A DNA stretch of 64,000 bases from an uncultured Solirubrobacteraceae bacterium (GTDB lineage Bacteria; Actinomycetota; Thermoleophilia; Solirubrobacterales; Solirubrobacteraceae): contig CAWHAW010000011.1 in assembly GCA_963827455.1 (NCBI GenBank), forward strand, positions 6,228 through 70,227. Reading direction: 5' to 3'. Below are positions 40,175 through 49,398 of the stretch, piece by piece (within the stretch, counting starts at the first letter, position 1; every line of letters starts with the position of its first letter). The notes below the pieces were generated by a model. The model saw nothing but the letters and a program-made list of their open reading frames with translations. It did no database searches and was not told the origin of the DNA. The position numbers were made by a program, and so were the translations under genes.

Positions 40175-41052
40175 GCAGCGCCGCCGTCAGCCCGGCTGCC
40201 GCAGCGGCGCCCGCCCGAGCGCACCGCAGCCGACGACCCTCCACGTTAGCCGTCTACCGCTGGGAGCTGCGCAAGCTCCTAGCACAGGTGCGTACCTACC
40301 TCGGCCTGGGCCTGCTGACCGTGCTGCCCGTGATCTTCGTGGTGTTCGAGAGCCTGCACCACCAGCACAATCAGCGCGACAACATCTTCGCCGCGCAGAT
40401 CACCCAGTCCGGCCTCGCCACGCCCGTGCTGATGCTGCTGTTCATGTCGGGTTTCTTCATTCCCGTCGTCGCCGCGCTCGTCGCCGGCGACATCTTCTCC
40501 AACGAGGACGGCAACGGCACGCTGAAGACGATCCTCACGCGCTCTGTCGATCGCGGCCAGGTGTTCGCCGCAAAGGCACTCGCCGCGCTGACCTACGCGG
40601 TCGTCGCGGTGCTGGTCGCCGCGACCGTCGCCACCGTCGCGGGGGTCGCGTCGTGGGGCTTTCACTCGGTCAGGACCTACTCGGGCACGCTCGTGTCCGC
40701 ACAGGAAGCGCTGCTGCTCGTGTTCGCCGCCAACGCCGCCTACCTGATACCGCTGTTCGCCGTCGCCGCCATCGGCCTCATGCTCTCAGTCGTGACGCGC
40801 AACAGCGCCGCTGCGGTCGTCGGCACGATCGGCATCGTGATCCTGCTGTTCATCATCGCCCAGATACCGGGGCTGGAATCGATCCAGCCCTACCTCCTCA
40901 CCGAACAGTTCCAAGCCTGGCAGGGACTGCTGCGCACGCCCACCAACTGGGCGCCAATCGTCCATTCCGCGTGGCTGTGTGCGCTCTACGGCGTTCCCGC
41001 GTTGGTCGCCGGCTACCTCGTGTTCCTGCGCCGCGACGTCGCCGGCGGCTGA
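40171..41052 (+). CDS. ABC-2 type permease
   Basis: AGDIFSNEDGNGTLKTILTR, six TM helices, FLRRDV. ATGA overlap. Confidence 0.9.
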   Translation: MSSAAVSPAAAAAPARAHRSRRPSTLAVYRWELRKLLAQVRTYLGLGLLTVLPVIFVVFESLHHQHNQRDNIFAAQITQSGLATPVLMLLFMSGFFIPVVAALVAGDIFSNEDGNGTLKTILTRSVDRGQVFAAKALAALTYAVVAVLVAATVATVAGVASWGFHSVRTYSGTLVSAQEALLLVFAANAAYLIPLFAVAAIGLMLSVVTRNSAAAVVGTIGIVILLFIIAQIPGLESIQPYLLTEQFQAWQGLLRTPTNWAPIVHSAWLCALYGVPALVAGYLVFLRRDVAGG

Positions 41053-41055
41053 CGC

Positions 41056-42012
41056 TCAGGTCACCTCGGCCGGCTCGATCACCGTGAGCTCCACGTCGCC
41101 CATCAGCCGTCGGGCCTCGCGGGGGTCGATCAGACCTGCGCCCAGGCGTGCGGTGGACTCTGCGCCGCACGCGACACCGAAGCGCAGGCACTGGTCGGGC
41201 GGGCGGCCTTCGTAGCGGGCTGCGAGGTAGCCGGCGAGAAACGCGTCGCCGGAGCCGCTGCGGGCGACGGGCTCGCGCAGCTCGATGCTCGCCCGCTTGA
41301 GCAGGCGCTGGCCGTCGATGACCACTTGCGCGTAGCAGCCGTCGGGGAGCGTCATGATCGCCTCGCGCGGTCCCAGCGCGGCGATCTCGGCGACCGCCAG
41401 CGATCGCTCGTCCTCACCGGAGAACTCGTGTCCGACGAGCTCCTCAGCCTCGAGCACGTTGGGCGAGACCACGTCCGGCTCAGCGCGAACCGCTTGGCGT
41501 AGCGGCTCGCCGTCGGTGTCGACGACGGTGATCACATCGAGCCGCTCGAGATCGCGGATCAGCGACGCGTAGATCTCTGGCTCGACGCCGCGCGGCAGCG
41601 AGCCAGCGAACACGACGATCGCGGCGCCGCGCGCCAGGTAGAGCAGCTTGTCGCGGAACAGCTCGACCTCGCGCGTCGATACCGACGGGCCACGTTCGTT
41701 GATCTCGGTCTGCTCGCCGGTCGTAGGATCGAGCACCGAGGTGTTCGTGCGCGACTCCTCGCGGATGCGCACGAAGTCGTTGAGAATCGACTCCTCGGTG
41801 AGCTGCTCGACGATATGCGTGCCGGTCGCGCCGCCGGCGAACCCGGTGGCGATCACAGGTTGGCCGAGCGCCTTCAGCGAGCGGGCGATGTTGACGCCCT
41901 TGCCGCCCGCCATCGTGCGCTGATCGACGGTGCGATGGCGTCGTCCGAGCCGGAAGTTGGGCACCGCAAGAGACTTGTCGATCGCCGCGTTCAGCGTGAC
42001 CGTGATGATCAT
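41056..42012 (-). CDS. 1-phosphofructokinase-family (PfkB) hexose kinase
   Basis: VTLNAAID, GGKGVNIAR, AGSLPRG and GSGDAFLAG. Confidence 0.92.
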   Translation of the reverse strand: MIITVTLNAAIDKSLAVPNFRLGRRHRTVDQRTMAGGKGVNIARSLKALGQPVIATGFAGGATGTHIVEQLTEESILNDFVRIREESRTNTSVLDPTTGEQTEINERGPSVSTREVELFRDKLLYLARGAAIVVFAGSLPRGVEPEIYASLIRDLERLDVITVVDTDGEPLRQAVRAEPDVVSPNVLEAEELVGHEFSGEDERSLAVAEIAALGPREAIMTLPDGCYAQVVIDGQRLLKRASIELREPVARSGSGDAFLAGYLAARYEGRPPDQCLRFGVACGAESTARLGAGLIDPREARRLMGDVELTVIEPAEVT

Positions 42013-42081
42013 CCTGTCTCTCCACCGACCTTCCGGCGCGCCTGCATGGCAGAAGGTGCCCTGGCGTGCACGACACAAAGG

Positions 42082-43014
42082 CTAGCGGACGCGATCGGAC
42101 AGCCCCCACGCACTCGCCCGCAGCCGTTCGGCCTCCGTGCGGGCGGCCTCCGCCGGGTCTCCGCCGGCCGCCACGTGTGCGTCGGAGATGCTGCGCGAGG
42201 CCGACACGAGGCCGCCCGCACGACCTGGTGCGAATGCCGCTGAGAGCTCCTCGACACGGCCACCTTGAGCGCCGACGCCCGGCAGCAGGAACGTCGCTGC
42301 CGGCATCAGCGCGCGGGCCCGCGCGAGGTGGTCCGGCTCGGTGGCGCCGACCACAGCGCCGACGTCGCTCACGCCCGCCGTGCCGACGCCGGCGGCGCCC
42401 ATCTCATCGACCAGCCTTGCGATCCGCTCCCACACAGTCCCCGACCCTGCCAGCCTCAGGTCCTCGATGTCGGCTGCGCCCGGGTTGGAGGTGCGCACCA
42501 ACACCAGCACCCCGCGGCCGAGCTCGCGCGCGGCGGCCACGAACGGCTCGATCGCATCGCGCCCCATCAGCGGGTTGACCGTGACCAGATCCGCGCTCAG
42601 GCCGCCGATCTGCCCGAACGGGCTGTCGACGCCGCCGAATAGTGCGCCGGCATATGCCTGCGCGGTCACGTCGATGTCCCCGCGCTTGCCGTCTGCGATC
42701 ACCAGCAGTCCGAGGCGACGAGCGTGGTCGATGACGGCTTCCAGCGTCGCCCATCCTGCCGACCCGAGCAACTCGAAGCGCGCGAGTTGCGGCTTCACCG
42801 CCACGCACGCGGGGGCCACCGCGTCCATCAGCGCGCGGCAGTGCTCGAGCATCGCGCGCGCGGCCACCTCAGTTGGTGTGTCACCGACCGATGCTTGCCG
42901 ACCGCTGCCCGGCCACAGCCGGGCGGGGTCTGGGTCGAGCCCGAGCACAAGTTGCGACTCGCGCTCGGCGACCCGGGCGGCCAGAATGTCGCCGAAGGAC
43001 GACGCTGGCTTCAG
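42082..43014 (-). CDS. pyrF: Orotidine-5'-phosphate decarboxylase (start uncertain; first canonical start at 42948)
   Basis: LGLDP, KPQ, DGKRGDI, RTSNPG, VVGAT, LLPGVGAQGG and SASR. Confidence 0.9.
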   Translation of the reverse strand: MKPASSFGDILAARVAERESQLVLGLDPDPARLWPGSGRQASVGDTPTEVAARAMLEHCRALMDAVAPACVAVKPQLARFELLGSAGWATLEAVIDHARRLGLLVIADGKRGDIDVTAQAYAGALFGGVDSPFGQIGGLSADLVTVNPLMGRDAIEPFVAAARELGRGVLVLVRTSNPGAADIEDLRLAGSGTVWERIARLVDEMGAAGVGTAGVSDVGAVVGATEPDHLARARALMPAATFLLPGVGAQGGRVEELSAAFAPGRAGGLVSASRSISDAHVAAGGDPAEAARTEAERLRASAWGLSDRVR

Positions 43015-43289
43015 CGGCCCTTCACCGCGCTCTTCAGACCGCTGCCCGCGGTGAAGCGCGGCACCCGTGACGCTGCGATCTGGATGCGCTCGCCGGTGCG
43101 CGGGTTGACGCCGACGCGCGCGCCGCGCTGGCTTACGTGGAACTTGCCGAACCCCGAGACCGATACCTCGCTGCCACGACGCAGCGCGTCCTCCACGGTG
43201 GCCAGCACTGCGTCCACAGCCCGCGAGGCATCCTGCTTGGTCAAATCGGCGCGATCCGCCACCTGGTCGACCAGCTCGGACTTTGTCAC
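43011..43289 (-). CDS. hup: HU DNA-binding protein
   Basis: TKSELV...GFGKF...ARVGVNPRTGE...VPRFTAG. GAGGAGG SD. Confidence 0.95.
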   Translation of the reverse strand: MTKSELVDQVADRADLTKQDASRAVDAVLATVEDALRRGSEVSVSGFGKFHVSQRGARVGVNPRTGERIQIAASRVPRFTAGSGLKSAVKGR

Positions 43290-43367
43290 TTCGTCCTCCT
43301 CGTTCGTGAAACCGTGGCTACGACGCTAACACTGTGTGCGGACAAGCGCATAGGCAACAATACGGCG

Positions 43368-43508
43368 ATGGCGATCTCCCGAGTGGCATGGCTGGTGACC
43401 GTTCTCGTGGCGCTGATCACCGCGCTGGCGCTGCTGCTGTCCGGATATCAGGGTTACGCGGGGCTCGGCCTGGCGGTCGCGATCTCCGCGGCGATCAACC
43501 TGTTCTAG
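43368..43508 (+). CDS. Small two-helix membrane protein (46 aa)
   Basis: MAISRVAWLVTVLVALITALALLLSGYQGYAGLGLAVAISAAINLF. Confidence 0.6.
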   Translation: MAISRVAWLVTVLVALITALALLLSGYQGYAGLGLAVAISAAINLF

Positions 43509-44100
43509 CTTGCCCGCCGCGCTCGAGCCATGCCAGCAGCGCCCGCGCGGCTCGACCGCGATGGCTGATGAGGTCCTTCTGCCGATCGCTCAGCTCCGCC
43601 ATCGTCATGCCCGCGGGGCCATCGTCGGCAAGGAACGCGGGGTCGTAGCCGAAGCCGCCCTCGCCGCGGGGCTGGTCCGCCAGGCGTCCCGCGCAACGAC
43701 CCTCGAAGACGTGCTCGACACCACTGGATGGATCGACATACGCGATCACGCACACGTACTCCAGTCGGCTGTTCGCGGGTACCTCGCGCAGCAGCTTCTC
43801 GAGGTTCTCCGCGTCGCTCGCATGCTCGCCGGCGTAGCGTGCGGAGCGCACGCCTGGCGCCCCGTCGAGTGCCGCCGCTGCGATGCCGGAGTCATCGGCG
43901 ATGCTCACCGTGCCGATCGCAAGCGCCGCCGCACGGGCCTTGCCGAGCGCGTTCTCGGCGAACGTCTCACCGTCCTCGGGCGGCAACACCACGCTGTCGG
44001 GGAGCGCTTCGATCTCCCAGCGCTCCGGCGAGGAGCCCCCGAGCAGGCGCTCGAACTCGCGGCGCTTGTGCTGATTGTGCGTGGCGAGCAGCAGCTTCAA
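43495..44100 (-). CDS. rdgB: Non-canonical purine NTP pyrophosphatase
   Basis: ATHNQHK, ADDSG, GFGYDP and SHRGRA. Confidence 0.93.
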   Translation of the reverse strand: MKLLLATHNQHKRREFERLLGGSSPERWEIEALPDSVVLPPEDGETFAENALGKARAAALAIGTVSIADDSGIAAAALDGAPGVRSARYAGEHASDAENLEKLLREVPANSRLEYVCVIAYVDPSSGVEHVFEGRCAGRLADQPRGEGGFGYDPAFLADDGPAGMTMAELSDRQKDLISHRGRAARALLAWLERGGQARTG

Positions 44101-44849
44101 GACGCCGCGGCGATCGCCTGCTCCTGAACGGCGCGCAGCTGCTCGATCCCGGCGCCCGCAAGCGCGAGCAGCTCATCCAGGTGCGCCCGCGACAGCGGCG
44201 TGCGCTCAGCCGTGGCCTGCACCTCGACGAGGCCGCCGTCGCCGGTCATCACGACGTTGGCATCGACCTCCGCGGTCGAGTCCTCGGAGTAGTCGAGATC
44301 CAGCAGCGGCGTGCCGTCGATGATCCCGCACGAAACCGCCGCGAGCGAACCGTTCAACGGCGAGCGCTCGAGCCGCCCCTCTGCCTGCAGGCGCTTGCAC
44401 GCGAGCGACAGCGCCACGTATGCGCCGGTGATCGACGCGCAGCGGGTGCCCCCGTCGGCCTGCAGGACGTCGCAGTCGAGGTACACGGTCCGTTCCCCCA
44501 ACGCCTCGAAGTCGATCACCACGCGTAGTGAGCGCCCGATCAAGCGTTGAATCTCGACCGTGCGCCCGTCCTGGCGTCCGCGGGTGGCGTCGCGCTGCTT
44601 GCGATCGCCGGTCGACGCCGGCAGCATCCCGTACTCGGCCGTGACCCAGCCGCGACCCTTCCCGGTCATCCAGCGCGGAACGCCGTCCTGCGCGGACGCC
44701 GTGCAGATGACTCGCGTCTCGCCGACGGAGATCAGCGCCGAGCCGGTGGCGGTGCGTACAAAGCCCGGCTCGATCGCGGTGGGGCGCAGCTGACCTGGTC
44801 CACGACCGTAGCTGCGCTCAGCGGCTGCGCTGTGCACGCGCGCCATCAT
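44097..44849 (-). CDS. rph: Ribonuclease PH
   Basis: [22 protein letters not shown] and [10 protein letters not shown]. Confidence 0.95.
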   Translation of the reverse strand: MMARVHSAAAERSYGRGPGQLRPTAIEPGFVRTATGSALISVGETRVICTASAQDGVPRWMTGKGRGWVTAEYGMLPASTGDRKQRDATRGRQDGRTVEIQRLIGRSLRVVIDFEALGERTVYLDCDVLQADGGTRCASITGAYVALSLACKRLQAEGRLERSPLNGSLAAVSCGIIDGTPLLDLDYSEDSTAEVDANVVMTGDGGLVEVQATAERTPLSRAHLDELLALAGAGIEQLRAVQEQAIAAAS

Positions 44850-44874
44850 TCCAGAGCGCTACGGTCGGGGCATC

Positions 44875-45813
44875 TTGCGCGCGCTCGTGGTCTCCAACAT
44901 GCTGCCCGACGCGACGCATCCCGAGCGCGGTCGCTTCGTCCGCGATCAAGTGAGCGCGCTGCGCGATCTCGACGGCGTCGAGGTCGAGTTGCACGAGTTC
45001 GCTCCCGGCGCGCGAGCGCTCGCCGGCGCGGCACGCGAGCTGCGACGCCGCTACCAGGGGGCGCGCTTCGACGTCGTGCACGCGCATTTCGGACTCACGG
45101 CGTGGCCATCGCTCGCTGTGCCCGCGCGGCTCCGCGCGCTGACGATCCACGGTACCGACGTTCGCCACCCGCGCACGCGGCTGGCCACCGCGGCGGTGCT
45201 GCCCGCGATCGACCTGCTCGCCGCCGCTTCGGCGCCACTCGTGCAGGAACTTCCCGGCCGCTCCGCGCGTCGGCGCGCGCTCGTGCTGCCCTGCGGCGTG
45301 GACCTCGATCGCTTCCATCCGCTGGCGCGCGCCGACGCCCGTGCTGAGCTCGGGCTCGACCCCGAGCAGCCATACCTGCTGTTCCCCGCTGACCCAGCAC
45401 GCGCCGAGAAGCGCCACGATCGCGCGAGCGCGCTTGCGCAGGCCGCCGGCGCGCCACTGCTGACACTGGGGTCGGTCGAGCCCGAGCGCGTGCCGCTGTG
45501 GGTCAACGCCGCCAACGCCGTGCTGGTCCCGTCCGAGCGCGAGGGCTTCGGGCTGGCGGTGCTCGAGGCGCTCGCGTGCGAGGTTCCAGTGCTCGCCACC
45601 CCCGTCGGCGTCCACGCCGAGGCGCTCGCGCACGTCGCGGGCACGCTCTGCGCGCCGTTCGAGCTCGAGCGCTGGCGCAGCGCGCTCGAGCCGCACCTGC
45701 GCGCGGTCGACCCACGGGTCGACGGGCGCGCGAGCGCCGAGCGATTCTCGGCGCGGACGATGGCCGCGCGCGTCGCCGACGCGTGGCGAGACACGCTCGA
45801 GCGCGCCACATGA
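44875..45813 (+). CDS. Glycosyltransferase family 4
   Basis: DVVHAH, HGTD and [17 protein letters not shown]. Confidence 0.9.
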   Translation: MRALVVSNMLPDATHPERGRFVRDQVSALRDLDGVEVELHEFAPGARALAGAARELRRRYQGARFDVVHAHFGLTAWPSLAVPARLRALTIHGTDVRHPRTRLATAAVLPAIDLLAAASAPLVQELPGRSARRRALVLPCGVDLDRFHPLARADARAELGLDPEQPYLLFPADPARAEKRHDRASALAQAAGAPLLTLGSVEPERVPLWVNAANAVLVPSEREGFGLAVLEALACEVPVLATPVGVHAEALAHVAGTLCAPFELERWRSALEPHLRAVDPRVDGRASAERFSARTMAARVADAWRDTLERAT

Positions 45814-45888
45814 GGTTCCGCTTGGCGGGGGTGTGGCTCCACCTGTGATGAGCGCTCCGGGGAGCGCTCGGGGTAGCATGAATCCGGC

Positions 45889-46596
45889 GTGAATCAAATA
45901 TCTGGCACGACGCATACGGATGCTCCACTGCCGCACGAGCACGAGGTACCTGCAGATGGCGGCACACCGTCCGAGTCGCCCGGCTTTCAGTCCCGCGGTC
46001 GGGCACGCCGGCGAGCACGCTTCCTGCGCAAGGCGCGGGAGCTCGCCTACCGCGATCTCGGTGGGCTGGTATTCAACCTGCACCGCTTCGGGCAGCGCAA
46101 CGACGCGCTCGTGCTCGCCAAGCTGACGACGCTCGGACAGATCGACGCCGAGCTGCGCGCGATCGAAGGCACACTCGGCGAGCGCCGGTCGATCACCGTG
46201 CTGCGAGAGGCCGGCATCACCGCGTGTCCCCGCTGCGCCGCGATCCACGGCAGCGAAGACAGCTTCTGCCCCAACTGCGGGCTGTCGTTGGGCAGGCACG
46301 TCGACCTGCCGATCGCCGGCGCCACCGCCGCGCAGAGCACCACCACGCAGGGCACCGCCGCTCAGGCGGCCTCAGCGCGGGGGGCCTCAGCGCCGCAGCC
46401 GGCGGCGCCAACGCCGGCCGCGCCGGCCGCCGCGCCGACATCGACTCCCGCACCCGCCAAGCCGCCGCCGGCGGATCCGGTTCCAGCGGTGCCGAGGCAG
46501 CCGGTGGATCATGACGTGACCGTGATCCAGAAAGGAACAGCCGCGGTCGAGGACGGACCCACCGAGATCATGCGCCCGCCGGCTTCGGACTCATGA
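45889..46596 (+). CDS. Zinc-ribbon protein with coiled region and Pro/Ala-rich tail
   Basis: CPRC...FCPNCG. Confidence 0.75.
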   Translation: MNQISGTTHTDAPLPHEHEVPADGGTPSESPGFQSRGRARRRARFLRKARELAYRDLGGLVFNLHRFGQRNDALVLAKLTTLGQIDAELRAIEGTLGERRSITVLREAGITACPRCAAIHGSEDSFCPNCGLSLGRHVDLPIAGATAAQSTTTQGTAAQAASARGASAPQPAAPTPAAPAAAPTSTPAPAKPPPADPVPAVPRQPVDHDVTVIQKGTAAVEDGPTEIMRPPASDS

Positions 46597-47240
46597 GCGT
46601 CGCGCCCGCGCCGCCGGCCGAAGGCGGCATTCCCGCCGCCCCGCCACCTCTACCTAGCAGCGAGACGTGTCCGTTGTGCGGCGCTCCGCTGCACCCCGCG
46701 CAGGAGTGGTGCCTGCGCTGCGGCGCCGCCGCCCGCACGCGTCTGGCGGCGTCTCCCAATTGGAAAACCCCAATCACGGCACTTGCGGTGGTGGCGGTCC
46801 TGGCGCTCGGCGTGCTCGCTGCTGCGCTCGTCAAGCTCGCGGGCGGCTCGGGCCCCGCGGCACCGGCGATCACGCGGACCGTGATCGGCGCCGCCGCGCT
46901 CACACCCACTCAGGCGAGCACAGCGCCCTCGAGCGTGGTGCCCGGCGCAGCGGCCGGCACGGGAACATCCGCGCTCGGCGCCGGCAAAGTCGGAGCGGGC
47001 AAAATCGGGACGGGCAAAGCCGGGACGAGCGCGCTCGGCGCGGGCAAAGTCGGGACGGGCACCTTCGGCGCGGGCAGAGCCGGAACGAGCACGCCGGGCG
47101 CCGGCAAAATCGTGACGAGCAAGCCGGGCACGGTCACGGTCAGGCCGACGAAGAGCAGCGAAGAAATCGCCCGGCGCGTGAAAGAAGAGCTGCGCAAATT
47201 CCATCTCGGGAAAGCGCTGCCGCCGACCAACACGAGGTGA
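46593..47240 (+). CDS. Zinc-ribbon membrane protein with pentapeptide repeats
   Basis: CPLCG...WCLRCG, one TM helix, GAGKV-type repeats. ATGA overlap. Confidence 0.75.
   Translation: MSVAPAPPAEGGIPAAPPPLPSSETCPLCGAPLHPAQEWCLRCGAAARTRLAASPNWKTPITALAVVAVLALGVLAAALVKLAGGSGPAAPAITRTVIGAAALTPTQASTAPSSVVPGAAAGTGTSALGAGKVGAGKIGTGKAGTSALGAGKVGTGTFGAGRAGTSTPGAGKIVTSKPGTVTVRPTKSSEEIARRVKEELRKFHLGKALPPTNTR
46962..47132 (+). repeat. Degenerate 15-bp in-frame tandem repeat (about 11 units)
   Basis: GTSAL GAGKV GAGKI GTGKA GTSAL GAGKV GTGTF GAGRA GTSTP GAGKI VTSKP. Confidence 0.8.
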
Positions 47241-47278
47241 CACGCGCGGGCTAGCGGGCGCCGTATACGGTTCCGCCA

Positions 47279-48763
47279 ATGCCAGCGCTTCCCTCGGCGG
47301 GGATCCACGAGGCCGACGTCGCGGTGGTGGGCGCTGGTGCGGCGGGCCTGTACGCCGCGCTGTGCGCCGCGAACGACGGAGCGCGCGTGGTGCTGGTCTC
47401 AGCCACCCCACTCGCCCAGACTGCGAGCTACTGGGCACAGGGCGGTCTCGCGGCGGCACTGGCCCCGGACGACAGCCCCGAGCTGCATCTGCGAGACACC
47501 GAGCTCGCGGGACGCGCGCTGGTGAGGCGTTCGGCGGCGGAGATACTGGTCACGGAGGCGCCCGGCCGCGTGCGTGACCTGCAGGCGCTCGGCGTACGCT
47601 TCGACGCCGACCGCTTCGGGCAGCTGGCCCTCGGCCTGGAGGGCGGGCACTCGGTGAGGCGCGTCGTGCACGCCGGCGGCAGCGCCACCGGACGCCGCGT
47701 CGTCCGTCAGCTCTCCGCGCTCGCAGCCGGCGAGCCGCGGATCACGGTGTTCGAGGGCGCGCGCGCACACGCGCTGTGGCGTCAAGACGAGCTCTGTCGT
47801 GGCGTGGTCTGCGACGACGGGCGCGTGATCACGGCGCGGGCGGTGGTGATCGCGACGGGCGGCGCCGCGGCGCTGTGGGCACGAACCACGAACCCGCCCG
47901 GCTCCCAGGGCGTCGGCCTGCTGCTCGCCCACGCCGCCGGCGCGGCCCTGTCGGACCTCGAGATGCTGCAGTTTCATCCAACGGCCGTGATCGGCGTTCC
48001 AGGACGGGAGGGCTTCCTCGTGACAGAGGCGGTCCGCGGTGAGGGCGCGACGCTGCACGACGCCCACGGCGAGCGCTTCGTCGATGAGCTCGCTCCTCGT
48101 GACGAGGTCTCGCGCGCCATCCACGCTCAACTGCAGGCCTCCGGCGAGCGGTCGGTCGGCCTCGACATGCGCGCCATCGACCCAGGTCTCTTCCCCAACG
48201 TCGTCGCCGCGCTGCGCGAGGCGGGACTTGACCCGACCCACGAGTTGATTCCGGTCGCTCCGGCTGCCCATTACATGATGGGAGGCATCGTCGCCGACCT
48301 GCACGCGCGCGCGACGCTCCCGGGCCTGTACGCGGTCGGCGAGTCGTCGTGCACGGGGCTTCACGGCGCCAACCGACTGGCCTCGAACTCGCTGAGCGAG
48401 TGCTTCGTATTCGCCCGGCGCGCAGTCGATGACGCCCTGTCGCGTCCCGTCGAAGCCCGCGCCGCGGCTAGCGATCGCGAGCTGCGGTCGTTGCGCGAGC
48501 TGCCAGCGCCGCCGAGCGCCGACGCCGAGGTGCGGGCGGCGCTGTGGCGCGACGCGGGCGTCGTGCGCACGGCGGAGGGCCTCGGGCGACTGCTCGCCAA
48601 CCCGCATCCGCTGGCGCGGCTGATCGCCGCTTGCGCGCTCGCGCGCACCGAGAGCCGGGGAGCGCACCTGCGTGCCGATCGCCCCGAGCGCGATCCCGCG
48701 CTCGACTTCCGTCACGCCGTCATCACCAACGAGGACCCGATCTCGTGGCAGACGTGGCGCTGA
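47279..48763 (+). CDS. nadB: L-aspartate oxidase
   Basis: GAGAAG, WAQGG, EGGHS, QFHPT, PAAHYMMGG and GLHGANRLASNSL. Confidence 0.92.
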   Translation: MPALPSAGIHEADVAVVGAGAAGLYAALCAANDGARVVLVSATPLAQTASYWAQGGLAAALAPDDSPELHLRDTELAGRALVRRSAAEILVTEAPGRVRDLQALGVRFDADRFGQLALGLEGGHSVRRVVHAGGSATGRRVVRQLSALAAGEPRITVFEGARAHALWRQDELCRGVVCDDGRVITARAVVIATGGAAALWARTTNPPGSQGVGLLLAHAAGAALSDLEMLQFHPTAVIGVPGREGFLVTEAVRGEGATLHDAHGERFVDELAPRDEVSRAIHAQLQASGERSVGLDMRAIDPGLFPNVVAALREAGLDPTHELIPVAPAAHYMMGGIVADLHARATLPGLYAVGESSCTGLHGANRLASNSLSECFVFARRAVDDALSRPVEARAAASDRELRSLRELPAPPSADAEVRAALWRDAGVVRTAEGLGRLLANPHPLARLIAACALARTESRGAHLRADRPERDPALDFRHAVITNEDPISWQTWR

Positions 48764-48954
48764 CGCACCGCTGCGTCGCTCGGATCACTTTCCTAAATTA
48801 AATAAATAGGACCGCGATTTTTATCTCGCGATCCTTTCTATTTGCAAATGTGTTACTCGCATGTGGAAGTTCCCGGGGCCGACGGAGTCTCTAGGAACGG
48901 CGGGTGTGCTCTCTGACCAAACAGATCGAGCAAAAAGAGGGCGAGGAAGACAGC

Positions 48955-49389
48955 ATGTACCAGTTCAGTCGGGCCATCTACCGGGAGCTCGCTCCATATA
49001 TCGAGGCTCCATCGGCCGGCATGCCCCCCACCAGCAACCACACCGCCGTTCTGCGCGCCTGCGAGGCGGTGATCACGCGCCTGGCCACCGACCGTCACTA
49101 CTTCGCACGCCCCGCGCGCACCCTGTTCCTCGACGTCCGCAGCTACTTCCCGATGTCGGCACAGAGCCATGTCCACCGTGTGATCAGCCGTTACATGGGC
49201 TACGCGCAGACGTTCCTGGCCGAGCACCCGCACGAGGGCTACACCGCCGTGAGCGGCGCTCCGCCGCAGTGCCGCGCGACCACGCGCAAGGGCTCTGCCT
49301 GCCAGCGCACACCGCTGCCGCACAACGGCTACTGCCCGTCACATCAGCACCTCGCCGACACAGAGGATCGCGAGTTGGCCGCCGCGTAA
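48955..49389 (+). CDS. Hypothetical protein with C-terminal CCCH-type Zn finger (DUF5763-like)
   Basis: CRATTRKGSACQRTPLPHNGYCPSH. GAGGA SD. Confidence 0.75.
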   Translation: MYQFSRAIYRELAPYIEAPSAGMPPTSNHTAVLRACEAVITRLATDRHYFARPARTLFLDVRSYFPMSAQSHVHRVISRYMGYAQTFLAEHPHEGYTAVSGAPPQCRATTRKGSACQRTPLPHNGYCPSHQHLADTEDRELAAA

Positions 49390-49398
49390 TCTGCAGGG

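Noticed and set aside
43290-43510. tRNA that often lies near rph-rdgB
   Set aside because: No cloverleaf or T-loop (GTTCRA) signature is present. The space holds a small membrane ORF.
46962-47132. Tandem repeat considered as a CRISPR array
   Set aside because: The units are contiguous, degenerate, in-frame 15-mers with no spacers, and there are no cas genes nearby.
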